Assembly: GCA_951406725.2 (NCBI GenBank)
Contig: OX597819.1
Location: 1,798,001 to 1,862,000 of the forward strand
DNA: 64,000 nucleotides
Source: Octopus vulgaris
Taxonomy: Eukaryota
Direction of reading: 5' to 3'
Under the pieces are notes generated by a model. It saw only the letters and a list, made by a program, of their open reading frames with translations. It made no database searches and was not told the origin of the DNA. Position numbers and translations under genes: made by a program. Below are positions 1-15,249 of this stretch, piece after piece (position 1 is the stretch's first letter; each line of letters opens with the position of its first letter).

Positions 1-299
1 GAAAAGAAAGAAAGGAAGAAATAATAAGAGAAATAAAGGAAAATGTTTACAATGACAAATCTGCAAATAGAAAACTTAAATCAAGCATGAATATGTATGT
101 AGCCATTACATACGTACACATGTGTGTTTCTGTATTTTATGGGCACCTATGTGCACATTATTTCTTATAAGCATAAGTTCATATTTGTAATTATTTTATA
201 ATTTACTACACATTGTACGTTATACTTGTGTATACACATACTCACGTGCACACACACACAAATACAAGTGCATACACCCATACACTGGCACGCACACAA

Positions 300-309
300 A
301 CACATATAC

Positions 310-345
<36 letters not shown>

Positions 346-445
346 ACATATATATACATATGCATGTGTATATATACATATATATATATTCATATATATA
401 TATATATACATACATATATATATATATACATATATATATATATTC

Positions 446-483
<38 letters not shown>

Positions 484-525
484 GTATATGTATATGTATG
501 TGTATATATATATATGTATATATAT

Positions 526-575
<50 letters not shown>
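300..575. repeat. (TA)n/(TG)n compound microsatellite (representative of dozens across the window)
   Basis: Direct reading. Similar tracts occur at 995-1131, 5074-5327, 7855-8055, 13196-13293, 21835-21927, 23403-23512, 45113-45260, 60818-60890 and 61634-61779. Confidence 0.97.
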
Positions 576-579
<4 letters not shown>

Positions 580-994
580 TGACTTTGCCGATTGCGAATA
601 TGAAATATATTTAGAAAATAATTTCAGTCATTAGAATTTTTTTTTAAAATCTTTAAGCAAATATATATTCTCTTTGAGTGTATGTATACTGAAATTCTAT
701 ACATATTCTCTGCTGAGTATAATCGGGAACGTTCATAGCGCAATAGATAATGCAAGGCCAACCTAAGAATATGAGACATTAAAACATTATCTCACGATTG
801 AGCAATTTTTTAAAATTTGAAAGTTTTAGTTTGCAAATAGTTTTCCTTTCCTTAAGAAAGTATTTTTTATTTTTATCTGGCATTATAAAGACAATTCATA
901 AAAGTGCTACCTTCTATTATAACATACTTGTATCCGTCTCATCCAGCTATCTCTCTATAATAGCGAATGTAATACTTATATTTATCTACCTATC

Positions 995-1132
<138 letters not shown>

Positions 1133-4100
1133 ATCATATATATATAAATATATATGTGTGTGTACATATGAATATATATTTCCATATGTATGTACAAATT
1201 CATGCATACACTCTTAGACACACATATACGCTATATACACACATACGCACGACCACACACGCAGATTTATATATATGCTGTTTAGCGTATCAAACACACA
1301 TACGTTTTAAAATAGGTGGATCAGTTTATAATGTGCTAGTGGTGTAAGGTGATAAAAATGTGAAGTAGAGCGACATTTAATGGAGCATTTGCTTTTCGTT
1401 TTACTTTCTCACGTTAAATAGTTTTTGTTATCATTCAACTGAAATAGATTATATAAGAGGGAAAGATCAAATATTGGCTTTTGGGCGATTAAATATGTTT
1501 TATGTAAAGTAGTTGCATGTATTTGATAAGTTACATGATGTGTACGTGGTCTTACACAGTATATTTTAATTCATATACACACACCGTCACATTCAATACC
1601 ACTTAAACTTGCTTACGGATAGTCGTACATTAAAATTAAGGTTAAAGATAATAGTTAACTAGTAGGTAACTTATGGTATCGATTTTTAGTGGGTTTCTCA
1701 TCAAAACAAGTTTAAGGAAATTCCTTTTAGCTTCCAAGCTCTTGAAATCATAACTAAATGGAATGTGTCATATACTGTATATATATATATATACATACAT
1801 ACACACATACAAATGTATGCATGTATATATATATGTATGCTTGTAAGCATCTGCGCGTGTATATATATGTGTGTGTGTATGTATGTATGTAAATATATAC
1901 ACCCACACGCACAGAGACATACACACAAATATGCATGTATGTATCTTTGATTTGTTTGTTATTTTATTTTTGTACGTGAATGTGTGCGCGTACAAATATA
2001 CAAACACATACTAATACAATTTGTATTCATATCCTTAAATATATCTGTCATTGTTGCAAATAATTAAAGTTTGAAAAGAAATTTATAAATGATAACCTAT
2101 GCAAGACAATAAATAGTTTTCACATTTGTTAGCTGACCCTTACGATATCACTTTTAATCTGCAGCAACACTTTTTCATTGCTGCAATGTAAATTAGCCTG
2201 ATACGTGAAGTAAGTATCTTTAATAATTATCTGAAATGTCTGAGTTCTGAAAATTCCTCGTTAAATATGGAAGCCTTTTGGCAATCCTTATCTATAGATA
2301 TTTGAGTTCGCAAAAAAAAAGAACGAAAAAAAGCACGGAAAAAAAAGAAAACACGTAAAACTTAGAAATGATTTCGAAAAATTATGTTGTACAGTATTTT
2401 ATCTTGGTCTATTCCTGGAAGCCAATGGTATTTAATGTACAACATTAAAACAAGCATTAAAATATATTGAGGCTTAGAAATAATCAAATGGACATTAGTT
2501 ATTAGCTAATAGTTATTTTTAATTCTCTTTCATTTATTAATATAAGTACGCAGTGGGTTTCTTGAAAATGTAATCAGGATTTTAATTCAAATAGATGCCC
2601 ATGGTGTGGTCGTTTTTGTCTTTTAATTTCAGTATATATTTATGAAATAGATGTTTTTTTTTTGTATTCATGATTAAAACTACAATATGTAAATAGGTAA
2701 TAGAAATATTTGTTTCATTATATACTTAGCCATAACATGTTTCACAGAATGTTAACTTAAATTAGTTCAAATATAGCCCTTTTACAGTGAATTAGCTCTT
2801 TAGTTAACTTAGAAAAATGTCTAATAGTAATACTTGGAAGAAAATGCCTACTTTATAATGAAGTTAGTATGATGATAGTCTGCAAATAAGTCTACTCTGA
2901 ACACTAATGGAAATATTGTTCACTCCAACTTTAGTTTTGAATAGAACAGTTTTATGCTAATAGTTCACGCTAAATTTACCTCACTTTCACATCAAAATAC
3001 AAATAAATCTCCCTTTTATGGCAATAATAGTTTTAATATTCCTTTAAAGTTTCCAGTCATTAAAAAAACATTCCTCTAATTAAATTGTTTCTGAGTTGCT
3101 GCAGTATTTTGTATACTTGTACGTATATGTATGTGCGTGTATGTCTGAGTGTGCGTGTGTCTGAGTGTGCGTATGTGTGTTCGTGTGTCTGTGTGCGTGT
3201 GCATCTATGCTTCCGTGTCAAGGCTTTTTTTTCTGATTTGTTATTAGCATTCAGTGTAACACATTAACATTCAAGAGATCACGCCGAATAAAGTTCACAC
3301 CAAGTCAATTTGTATTCGTGGTAGCATTCTGATTGGTGGAATAAATTGTGTGATCCGCTGATTTAATGAAATTTTATTCCGATGTATATCAGCTTGACTT
3401 ATTGCAATAGTTCTTTCTTTTGTCCAAGAAAAATAAATTAATTGGTATTTTTACTACATATTTAGAATTCATTGGGTTTCCTGAAAGCTTTACATTGTTA
3501 ACTACTAATTTAAAATATTATTGTTTCCTGGAATTGAGTAATATTTCATTGCAGTCAATTCGTTTTGTGTATATTGTATATCTAAAGTCTTCCATTTATT
3601 TGAGAAAGGCAGCTACGTTTTCAATAATGTATGTGAATATGTAGTTATAAGTATTCGAACCAAGTGATTTAGTATTAAGGGTTGATAATTTTATCGTAAT
3701 TTTCTAATAAGAGAACTAGATATATACATACATATGTTTAAACCGAAACTGAACTTGATTACATATTTTGCATTTTCTGTTATATTGCAAAAAGGTTAAA
3801 GCTTTAATAAATGAGGGCATTACATCATATTGAACTTTCAAAATGTATCCATTATCAGAACAGCCATATACTCAAGATTCAATATGGATATTTCACATGC
3901 AATATATTTAATTTAGAATATTGTTTTCTATAGAAACTACATTGTGAATATTAAACACTAGCCAGGGAATAGATAGACGAAACATATAGTTACATATAGT
4001 TACATATAGTTACACACAGATATGTATAAATTGTCTCCTGAAATTATTAGTCAGAACAAATTTCAAAATTACAAACTTTTTACTAAGACAAAACATTCTG

Positions 4101-5069
4101 TACGCTTAAAAATAATTATTTATTGTTTTTGTCTTATGTCTCTCTTGCATTACATGTGTGTTATGTTTCTGTTCACTTCAGCGTAGATTTTTTACACTAA
4201 CAATTTTTTGTCTAAGGTATAATCAAATATTGTTCACTTTTCCTTAATTTCTCCCATTTTCACCATTTCTGATCAACTGATGTCTTGAAAATCTTGACAT
4301 CAGAACTGTGTACAATAATCTTTTTTAATCTATTGGATATGAACGCACTGGATGAATTTATCTGCTCTGCACATTTTTGATTCAACCAATCAGTTTGCTA
4401 CCACGAATACACTTAGATCACTTGCGATCTAGACGGCATTGACTCATGGATCATCAATGTACTTAGTAGATAACTATAATAAAGAAATTTTTCATCAGTG
4501 CAAGAACATTTTTAAGGTGCAAACAAACGTATATGCATCGTTTTTATATGAAAATAAGAAAAATGTAAAATATAATTTTATGTTTGTTTAAAATCTCACA
4601 ACTGGATAAAACTTTTAATAATATTAAAGAAAATGTGACGTATGAAAATAAAAAGAGAGAATATTTCTGAAAAGTTTTTAATGAGAAAGTGGTTTTGAAA
4701 ACAGAACAAAATGTGAGTGAAGGGTCATTGTTAAGTAACTGTTCTGGTAAGTGAGTGACTCTTTTCTTATTCTTTTCTAAAAGAAATTTTTAAAAAATTC
4801 AAAAAGCTATAGAGAACCATAAACTCAGTGTGAAGTTATTAATGCTTACTTGCCATAATGCCGCTTTAGTAAACACTAAGCATGACCAGCACCTGGAAAT
4901 GTATTATTGCTAATTCAACGAGTTACTTCATCACACTGACTATACTTATAAAGGTCAGATAAAAGTCGTCTGGTATTCTAGATTGTGAAAATAGTTTGGA
5001 ATTTTAACTGTTTTAGAATATTCAGTTTCAGTATAGAATGAGAATTCATTTAATGTTTATTTTCACAAG

Positions 5070-5106
<37 letters not shown>

Positions 5107-5268
5107 ATATACATATATATATGATACTTATATATATATATATATATATATATATAAGCGCATGTATCCCTATGTATATATATATATGTATATGTATCAT
5201 ACATATAGATATATGTATATATATATATATATGAAGCTATATTATATATTAATACATAAATACATGCA

Positions 5269-5327
<59 letters not shown>

Positions 5328-5842
5328 GTAGCGTAAACAGAAAGCAGTTAAATGGTAAGACTTTTACTTAAAGTCTTACCATTTAACTTACGGTAAGACT
5401 TTTACTTAAATTAATAGTATAAAAAAGCAGCAGTAATATATATTACATTTAAAATTACATGCGTCTACAGAACGTTTCTATATACATATGAGTGCTCAAA
5501 ACACGTAATTGCCAATATATAAACTTAAGTATATGACGCAGTAAAGAGTTTACAACTTTATTTGCAAAATATCACATCACTATTTGTAACAATACGTTCT
5601 TTTGTATGAAGATCTTACAAAGAATGTATATTTTAAAACATACATAAGCACTTATATATAGGAGTAGTTAAGCGAATGAAAGAATCACATAAGAAACACA
5701 TTTGTTGTAAGTATTTAACAACGGATTGACGCAGCCTCACAATAGTTAAAGTTTCGCAGACGCAGATATGAGCTTACATCCGCAGATAAATACGTTTATA
5801 TATATGTACGTAGGCATAAATGTGTATGTATATATGTTTATT

Positions 5843-5924
<82 letters not shown>

Positions 5925-6409
5925 TATAGACGTGTGTATACACACACAGATAGACGTAGGTATCTAAAAATATGTATGTCTTTGTTTTGCGAGTTTGTAC
6001 GTATGTGAGCGTAATTGTGTGCCTTTGTAATAGAAAATTTCAATTGCTAAATATCAGGGAATTGTATTCATATACATGATCTTTATAAATACTGATAAGT
6101 TAACTTATTATTGAATTACTAAAACAAATGTTCGCCCAAATGTTCTTTCAAAATGGCCGTTCTTGAATAAAACAGAACTTGTTATATCAGAATATTTCAG
6201 CATTTTTTATCAGGATATTTCTACGTCGGGAAATATAGGGACAAATTTAAAATTCAAATTTCACTGTGAACAACTGCTGCTTTCTTCTACTTCTCTTTCT
6301 CCTTCTCATACTTCTACTACTACTACTACTTATACTACTACTTATACTACTACTACTACTACTACTAACTCTTACTACTACTACTTACTACTAACTATTA
6401 CTACTACTA

Positions 6410-6449
<40 letters not shown>

Positions 6450-7845
6450 GCAATAATAATATTTATAATCGTATAATAGTTATTTTTTTAACTGACGAAA
6501 TATTGAGACATAAGTGTCCATTGAAGACTGTAGACAGCAAAGTAATAATAGTGGTATAGATATTAGGAAATCTACAAATATTATAGTATGTGTGACTTAA
6601 GTGTAAAACGATAAATTATTAATAAGTTAACCAGTGAAAAATATCGAATTATACTTTTCTTAGATTTTTTCATTTAAAAATATGCACAAACCTATTTAGC
6701 ACTTTCCCAAATTTGGAATTATATCAAAATAGTCTTGAGAATTCTCGACTGTACAGAAATTATATATTCCATATAAATGTCTTTTTTCATATCACCACCA
6801 CAGTTTTCAGATTTCATAAGTTACTCTCTGTTATTCAATGAAAAGTGAGCTAAATTGAAAATCTACTACAAGTTCGAATATTTTAGAAAAAAATTGAAAT
6901 TACAAAATAAGGGATATAAAATAAGATACACCCTGGACAATTGATAATTCTTTTCTTTAAATGAAAAAAATTTCGAATATCTAGGAACAAAGATTTTCAT
7001 GTTAAAACGACTTTTATCTGGTCTTTTTTCAAATATATGAAATTACTGGGTTATTATTGTTAATAAAAAATAGTGCTATTTCAACCACTTTCTTTTATTA
7101 TGGAGACGTGATAGAATATTAGCAAGTGCTAATAGCAAGCTTTTCTCCCTTTTTTAAACAAAGGACACATTTCATGACAAAATATCAGCTAGTTATATGT
7201 TTTTCTTATTTGACTAACCTCTTGCACGTTTTGGTCATTGTATGACACTGCCTTAGAAGTTAATGTCAACCGATGTATAACAATATTTGAGTTGATTTCT
7301 ATGTGATAAATACCACTGATTTAAATAAATAGAATTCTAGAACTATTTTCAAATAGATAAATATCCTATAAGTATTCTGCACAAATGGTTGAAAAGTAAA
7401 CATTGTTTTATAAAGTTGTCGAATTTACGATACGACAATGTGTTCCCTATCAGTGACTTAACAGCTAGGCAACTTGAATCATCTTTTACAAATTAGTGTT
7501 TTCTGTACGTTTGTAAGTCAATCACATATTCATATTATGCTTTTTTTCTTTTCCATTTTCAAATATTTCGCAAAATATTAGAATATTAATTTTTCAATTT
7601 CGTTTCATTTGGCATAACATATTACGATTATAATCTCTTACCTCCCGGTAAGAATTATCATTGTAATTATATTTTGCACTAAAGAACTATAGAACTTCTA
7701 TAAATTATGAATAAATTGCAATTAGAATAAAATATGTTCAATCTCATTTACATGATTATGTATCTCTGTTTCTGCACAAACACGTAGTAACAAAATTCTT
7801 CGTATGCATAAGAACATGTAAGCAGATGTACGAATGGTTATATGC

Positions 7846-7936
<91 letters not shown>

Positions 7937-7952
7937 TGTATACATATACATA

Positions 7953-7992
<40 letters not shown>

Positions 7993-7993
7993 C

Positions 7994-8051
<58 letters not shown>

Positions 8052-8596
8052 TATACATAAATAAACACCTGCTTACAGAAATATTCATAGTAAGAAGTTT
8101 TTATTAATAAAGATAATACTAGTTTTGATTTAAATCTTATTTCTATGTTCAATCATTTTTCATCAAAAAGATAAGATTTAACATTATTTCTTCTTTTTGT
8201 TTTTGTTTTGAAATAGAATTAGTAAAACGGGACTGAAAGTATTTTAAAACGATATTAGTTTGAAGTGATAATTATATAACCAAAACTTTCAGTAATATAA
8301 TTTTTCCAGCTTTGTCTTCCTCCCCCGTATAACGTGGGCATCACTAACAGCATTGGAAAGTAGCAATTATATTACCCTGAGAAGCACAGAAACCTTCTTT
8401 ATTTTGTTAACAATTTTTTTTAATTCAATCTTGATTTTATTCAGCACACGTAAATAGGCACGACTACATTATAATATGAACTAATGCTCATTTCACGTTA
8501 AAGTTGAAAATTTTTAGAGCAAAATGAAATCATTTCGAAAACGAAAATCTAAAACGATAATACAATAGACCACTTTCTATTTAAATCAGTTGTTAC

Positions 8597-8713
8597 CTGG
8601 CACTTCTCCGCCGCGGCTGCGAACTATCACTTCTTGTTCACTTTCCAGAACTGATGTTCTAACAAACACTACCCCCATCCGATCAGAATTATGCTTTAAT
8701 AAAATATTTATAG
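8597..8713 (-). other. Possible 117-nt exon of an unidentified host transcript
   Basis: Minus strand has ttttcccaaacAG|...gtgccag|GTaaca. The frame is open (INILLKHNSDRMGVVFVRTSVLESEQEVIVRSRGGEVP) and locally CpG-rich. No homology recognised. Confidence 0.2.
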
Positions 8714-10895
8714 CTGTTTGGGAAAACTGTGTTGGTTGTTACCTTATTTTCTGCATTTCTGAGTATGTGCTTGAATTATAAGATGAATTCTGTTTTTCAG
8801 ATTTTGTATCCGATATTTCTTGTTGAATTTTAAATGATGCATATTTTGCTTTTCTGTAGTATAACCACCGCAATCATTAACACCGAAAACGCTACGAATA
8901 CTCCAAAATAATATGTTATCTAATTGCTGTATCCTACATTTTAAGGTATGTTACACTTTGAAAAGTTGTACGAATTTAAATGAACACTTTTACATTAATT
9001 TGTTTCTGAGAAATCATCATATTCTGTAGATACATAACATATCTACCTTACACCAACAAAGTGTCAAGCTGCAACCATATTAACGAACTACACGGACAGT
9101 ATAGCCAAAGATATAGAACATATGTACAATCACAAGGTCTCTGTTTCAGAATGTAGAAACCCTAATAATTTACGTCTGAAATGTGCATAATAGGACATCA
9201 ATGTCACATTATTCTATTATTCTACCTTGTATTAAAACTGATGTCTAGAATCAATGAAAGCTACCAATAATCATATTACCGAAGTCTCTATAGGCCAAGA
9301 ATGTGATATAATTGGTATACTTTGATGTAACTTTTGTTATTCATTTCTATTAGCTTATTAATCATTTGAGAATATCATGCCCACTCAGAACGAAACAGAA
9401 TTATTTTCGTACTTTCCTAGCTATACTATTATGTCAATCACAATTGTTTGTAAGCATTAAAAACTACAGTAAATTCAAAATACAGAACATAATTACAAAA
9501 AATAAAGAACTTAGCCAGAACAAGACATAGTTTTAACAGCAAAAATATAAATAAGACTCAAATAAAATGAGAAAAGTTATCATAAATGCACAAAAGCACA
9601 CATATGCACATAAGTAGGCGTGTATACAAACACACACACATTATGCATAAATGTGTGTGTACATACATCTAATATTTAGATGATTAATTATTTTTAGTAA
9701 TGTTTTAAATGTTTGAACGATATGTGTTTAAATTTGAAAACAGTCTCTGTTTTTGTTATATTTTCAAGTCGAACAACAGCAAACATTCCACATTGAAAGC
9801 ATATGTTTTCTGTTTATGCTGTCTATGTTCGCTGGAGCCCAAGCACACGACCACATTATGAGCCTGAAAATCATCTCTTCTTTAAATTCTACGCATGTGC
9901 ATTTCATACACTGCTGCTTTTATTCTTTCTTTTATGTTACAACTAACTGGCACTCGAAAATTCAAATGGGTTTTGGCTGATATATTGCAAGCGACGATAT
10001 GACGATGATTCACTGCTGAACTAGCATCACATTATTAATGGCTGAAGAAACTGAAATATTCAAATGTTAGAACTCTTCTAGTAGCGGAAAAGTTACCGAT
10101 AAATCAAGATGGGATTTTATATTTAATAACGGCAATTATAGTTTTATTTTGACATTACGGTATGAAGATTCGGATTTCATTAATTAAAAACTGAGAAACG
10201 TTTTGTAAAATATGATTTTAAAATCCGTTAATCTGTTATTTTATCTGCTACTTATTTGAATTCATAAAATTTAACTACTACTTACAAAGCTAATGCGGTC
10301 TTCAGTGAATAGTGTAGGAAAATAATAGACTATTATATTTACTGATTGTTGCATACAGATGTCGCAGCAATTTCAGTGAATTAAGCGTATTGCAGAAGAT
10401 GTCATGTATTCGATGAATATCAAATAAACATTTGATATTCCATCGAGTAAATTACTAACGATTTTTAAAAATAAATTTTTACACCACAAAAAGAGGAAAC
10501 TGAGAATTTCAACGATCTGCACTATCTTTGTAAAACAACAAACGGAATGGGAATGTAAAAATATTTCATTTCTAAAGGAAGCAAGCGAAATAAATTAAAA
10601 ATGATCACTAGTTCAACAAATCGGAGATGCAATGATGTACTGTATGATGTAGGGAAAAAATTTGTTTTTTATTCGGTCGTGACTCGCAAAGCAAAGAGTT
10701 TATAAATCAAAAAGTTATGAATCCACAGATTGTAGACCGATCTTACTGTACGTAGACTATACAGAAATCCAGTTCGCAGTGTTGTTATTGTTCTTTCATT
10801 ACAGATAACCCTTTTACCTATTCACTATTTACCCTTTCTCTTACTCTTTCTCTCTCTTTCTCCCTCACTATCACGTGCTTTCTGTCTCCTATCTT

Positions 10896-10957
<62 letters not shown>

Positions 10958-13193
10958 CTCTGTTTTTGTGTTTCGCCTGTGCGTATATGTAAATTGTACT
11001 GTAACAAGAAATGTTTTGTTGAGATAGTTGATAGCTTTTATATTTCATCATTGAACATCTGCGCATAAGTGTCCGAGCATCATCAGATCAGCCAACCGAG
11101 AGAAACATGGATGACTTGCATCCCCAGTTGATATTTAATGAGGTTGATAAATATTTTTTAGTACAATAAGAGACATAATTAATCTTTTCTGACACAATAT
11201 GACGGTATTTCTACCCCAGAGCTGTAGTTAACAAAGGAAAGAATAAGGATTAAAATGTACAAGTTCTAATAAATAATTTAAATGATGAACTGAATGCCGT
11301 ACGAAAAAATTCCCAATTAATTGCAATTCTCTTCTAATTGGACTGGAGAAAGAAAACAACAGCTAAACGATGATTTGCGAAATTTTTCAATGAAGAGGAA
11401 AGATTGTTTCAAGCGATTAAACTTGCTTTGTACTCTCGGGAAGGTCTTTTTTTTACATAGAAGAAATACCAAGTGCCTCACCAGTCGTCGTAATTTGCAT
11501 AATTTTGAAAACGTTCAGGTGAAACAACAAAAATAAACCGATGACATGAATCTACATAAAAAAATATTAAAGCGTGATAAACGGAAAGATGTATGTAACA
11601 ATTTTTCAATTACTTCCTAATTCGAGGACGAAAAGTTCTAATGATATTTGATGGCTACTCCCAAAGAAAATGTACGCTGATTTCAAGAAATTAAGTATTA
11701 ATTACATGAATTTAATTCTCAAGCTAATTTGTTTATAAGAGAGAAGAGAACTAACAACATCTTTCCATCTTATTTTATCGTATCAGCCATACTATAATTT
11801 GCAAATATCTGCTTTGATAGATTGACAATTTTTTTATAAATGTAAAAATGTTACGAACAGTTTGGGCCATTAATAATTTGTATGATTAAAAGATAAAAAA
11901 GAAATAAGTGATTCAAGGATATGAACTTACATAAATAAGGTAGTGTAACAAGTACGAATGACATACACAAAAAAAACACTTATCAATCAAATTTTAACTT
12001 TTAGTGGAGTAAAGAAAAATATCATTGCGATGATTGTAAGCGACCCTCGAAGAAATAGAGATGAGACTCCTCATTTCCAAAGTCCAAATTAAAAGGTAAT
12101 TGTGTACGTATACTTTTATGACTTAGTGACCATTACCTCATGCATTACTTATGTTCGCACTGACCAGCGTTTGGACACATGTGCATAGAAACCGTGTCAT
12201 TCACCCTAAGGCTAAACGAAAAATGCAAATTAGAATTTATGTATAGCAAATTGGAGGAAATAGAACATGCAGAACACAGAAATAATAACAATTTAAATAT
12301 TCGATTTCCCACGTATCGTAAATCAAACAGAAATGGCACAAATTGCAAAGAGAAGAATAAGTATACAGCTGCATTCCATCCAAAAATGCAACTACGTCAA
12401 TACTCTCGCATAGAATTTCAAAGGAAAATAACACATAGCTAAATGTAACATTGGATCTCAAATATAACAAGCTAATTTAAGAAAATCCTTTCTGAAAATA
12501 AGAAAATATTTTAAGAATCAGAAAAAGAACGTTTAAAAGAAGCACAAAATAATGAACACGAAGTAAAATTGAGAACATAAACCACGGAGATAGGCTTAAA
12601 ATTTACAAAATAAATAAAAAAGAAAAGCTAAGAAAAAATAATAGAACTCTCAAAGAACTCTGATTCAGGAAAATAAAAATAAAACAGTATGAAAATATAA
12701 ATAAAACGGAATATGTACTGTACTGAAGTATAGAAAATTGTAAAGATATTACAATAGTCTAAAAGTGGAAAGAATTGAACAATTAAAATCAATAAATCTT
12801 CCCATGGAACAAACAAGGATAAAACAACAATCAAGAATGCAATCTGTCCAACGCAAACTTAATGAAAACAAACACGAATATCAATATCATGAGATAAATG
12901 GAATAATATAGCACTTACAAACAAAAGTGCGTAATCACTTACAACTACTTGTATGGGAATATCAAAAGGCAAGTAAAACCGTTCGAAAACAAAGAAAATT
13001 AAAAGAGAGTATCTGTCATAAAGGAAAAACAAATGACGAAAAGATACAGTTGGGCAAAGGAAGACACGACAAATGCTACAGAAATATAGCATAACCAAAA
13101 AGAAAAAAGACTGAATTTAAAGAATACCCGATTCTTGTTAATTTGCAAAATATCTTCAGCAAACCATTAATGAACAAAATAATCCGATCCATT

Positions 13194-13295
<102 letters not shown>

Positions 13296-13929
13296 AACAA
13301 CAATAAGGGAAACAGAATTCCGGGAAAGAACATTGATAGTGAAGAAATAAGCCCAAGAAATGTTGCTTAAAATAACAATTACAACTCCTCAAAAGCCGCG
13401 AAGGTCATATCAACCGAAGTATTCAAACTGTTAAAATAAACAAACATGCAGAAGCCACCATATAGTTCCATATATCTGGTAAACACATTTAGCAAGGACA
13501 CATACGCACACTTACAGAGTTATTTAAGATGCTGAAGGAGCAAGAGACCATTCTTGGTTGTCACACTGAAGAGAAATCATCTTAATGATTTAGACTAAAA
13601 GACACAACGAAAAAGACCTTAAAACTTATTCCCTGTAGTTTGGGTTGTCTTGCAGTAATACAGTAATACTACAGAAGATGAACACACTTCTTGAAAACCA
13701 CAACTTGTTTATAAAACGAAGTGGAATGCTGCAGTATTATGAATTGCTGATCGACGAATGGTTAGTCTAACATGCATGGATATCAGGCGAGTATTAACCT
13801 CGAGTAAGATAGCGTCAATAATCAGCAGACATTAACCACGGCGTGAGTTTAAACAATCTAGTAAACAAAAAAGTGTTACAGATCTAATCCCACATCTATT
13901 CGAAAGATAGTGTGAAGGGAAAACTTGGT

Positions 13930-14440
13930 ATTCACCCACTTTTTGCATGGTGCTAGTTCTGTAAGCTAAAATGCTAAATTAAACAAGACTCGAGTACAAG
14001 TGTTGTGGGAAATTAGATAACCATCTTTTGTATATGTACAACTTCACGCTACGGATGATAAACATCTAAACTGTCACAAACATGAGATTTCGATTAAAAA
14101 GACATATCAAGTTAACTCAGAGGAGAGAAAAGCCAATTAAGGAGACCAATATCATACTGCATAAAGAAAGAATATTAGACCAAACGCAGATTTCCAAATA
14201 CCTTGTAAACAATGAAATAGATCGAGTACAATACAGAGATATGAAAGAAAAAAACAAGAAGAAATATTACAGACGCATCAAATCAATACTTAAAGCGGAA
14301 ATACAAAACAAGATAATGGACATCAATACTCAGCTGTCCTAGTAAGAATTTATAATAATAACATTCTCAAATAACCGTTAGATGAATTGCCAATGCTAGA
14401 CATTATCAAGAATAATAAATTGAATATATCTAAAATCTAA
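13930..14440 (+). mobile_element. Highly decayed R4/Dong-like RT/thumb remnant
   Basis: NHLLYM and KYL..NE..MKEK.KKKYYRRIKSILKAE..NKIMDINT resemble the minus-strand element near 37.5-37.8 kb. Confidence 0.6.
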
Positions 14441-14444
14441 CTTC

Positions 14445-14800
14445 ATAGTCGTCCCTGCTGGTTCCAAAAGCAATATTTCTAAATTTGGCAAATTTCTATT
14501 ATTATGTGCTCCTTCTTATCATCTCTTCTATTCTGTGAACTATTTCTTCATCTAATCTCTCCCATTCTCTTTTTGCAATAGTAGGTGGCTCACGTAGTTT
14601 GATATCAAGAGTCAGTACTAATTCTCTATCTGAATTAACAACATAGATATCTTTGGCGCTGTTGTTTGACGACTGACGTTGGCTTTCCAAAGTGATGTCT
14701 GCTAGCTGCGTGTGCCACTGTCCATTCATTAGTTTTCGTATAACCTTTCCCTTTCTATGGATCTTCATGCATTGACCAGAAGAGAATTTCCTTCCATAAT
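14445..14800 (-). mobile_element. Possible RLE-LINE (Hero-like) N-terminal remnant
   Basis: MKIH..LADITLESQRQSSNNSAKDI..REWERLDEEIVHRIE resembles such N-termini. This is a recalled resemblance only. Confidence 0.3.
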
Positions 14801-15249
14801 GTCATGATAATTCCATTTCATTTTTATTCATAGTGCGTAAAGCATTAATCAAATTGAAACAGACTATCGCAAAATAAAACTAACGGTAGCAGATAGTCTC
14901 CACAATCCCCGGAAATAAATCAATAGGCAAAAGAAACCATATAAAATTTTGTACTGTGAACCTATTGTGATCACTAAAGAAGCTACTAACACTATAGTCT
15001 AAGATGATGTCTTGTCAAATATATATATATATATATATGTATGAATGTATGTATGTATATGTATATATTAAACCGAAAGGCTTTTTCTCTAAACCTCTAA
15101 AATGCACATACAATCAGAAGAGGTTGCTGGATCGAAGAAAACAAACTGCACTGAATTGTTTCGTGCATATTACACAAGCAATACTACCAAAAATACATAA
15201 GTACTATAGAAGAGACATTTAAGTTATCGAAAGTAACTACAAAGAAATG

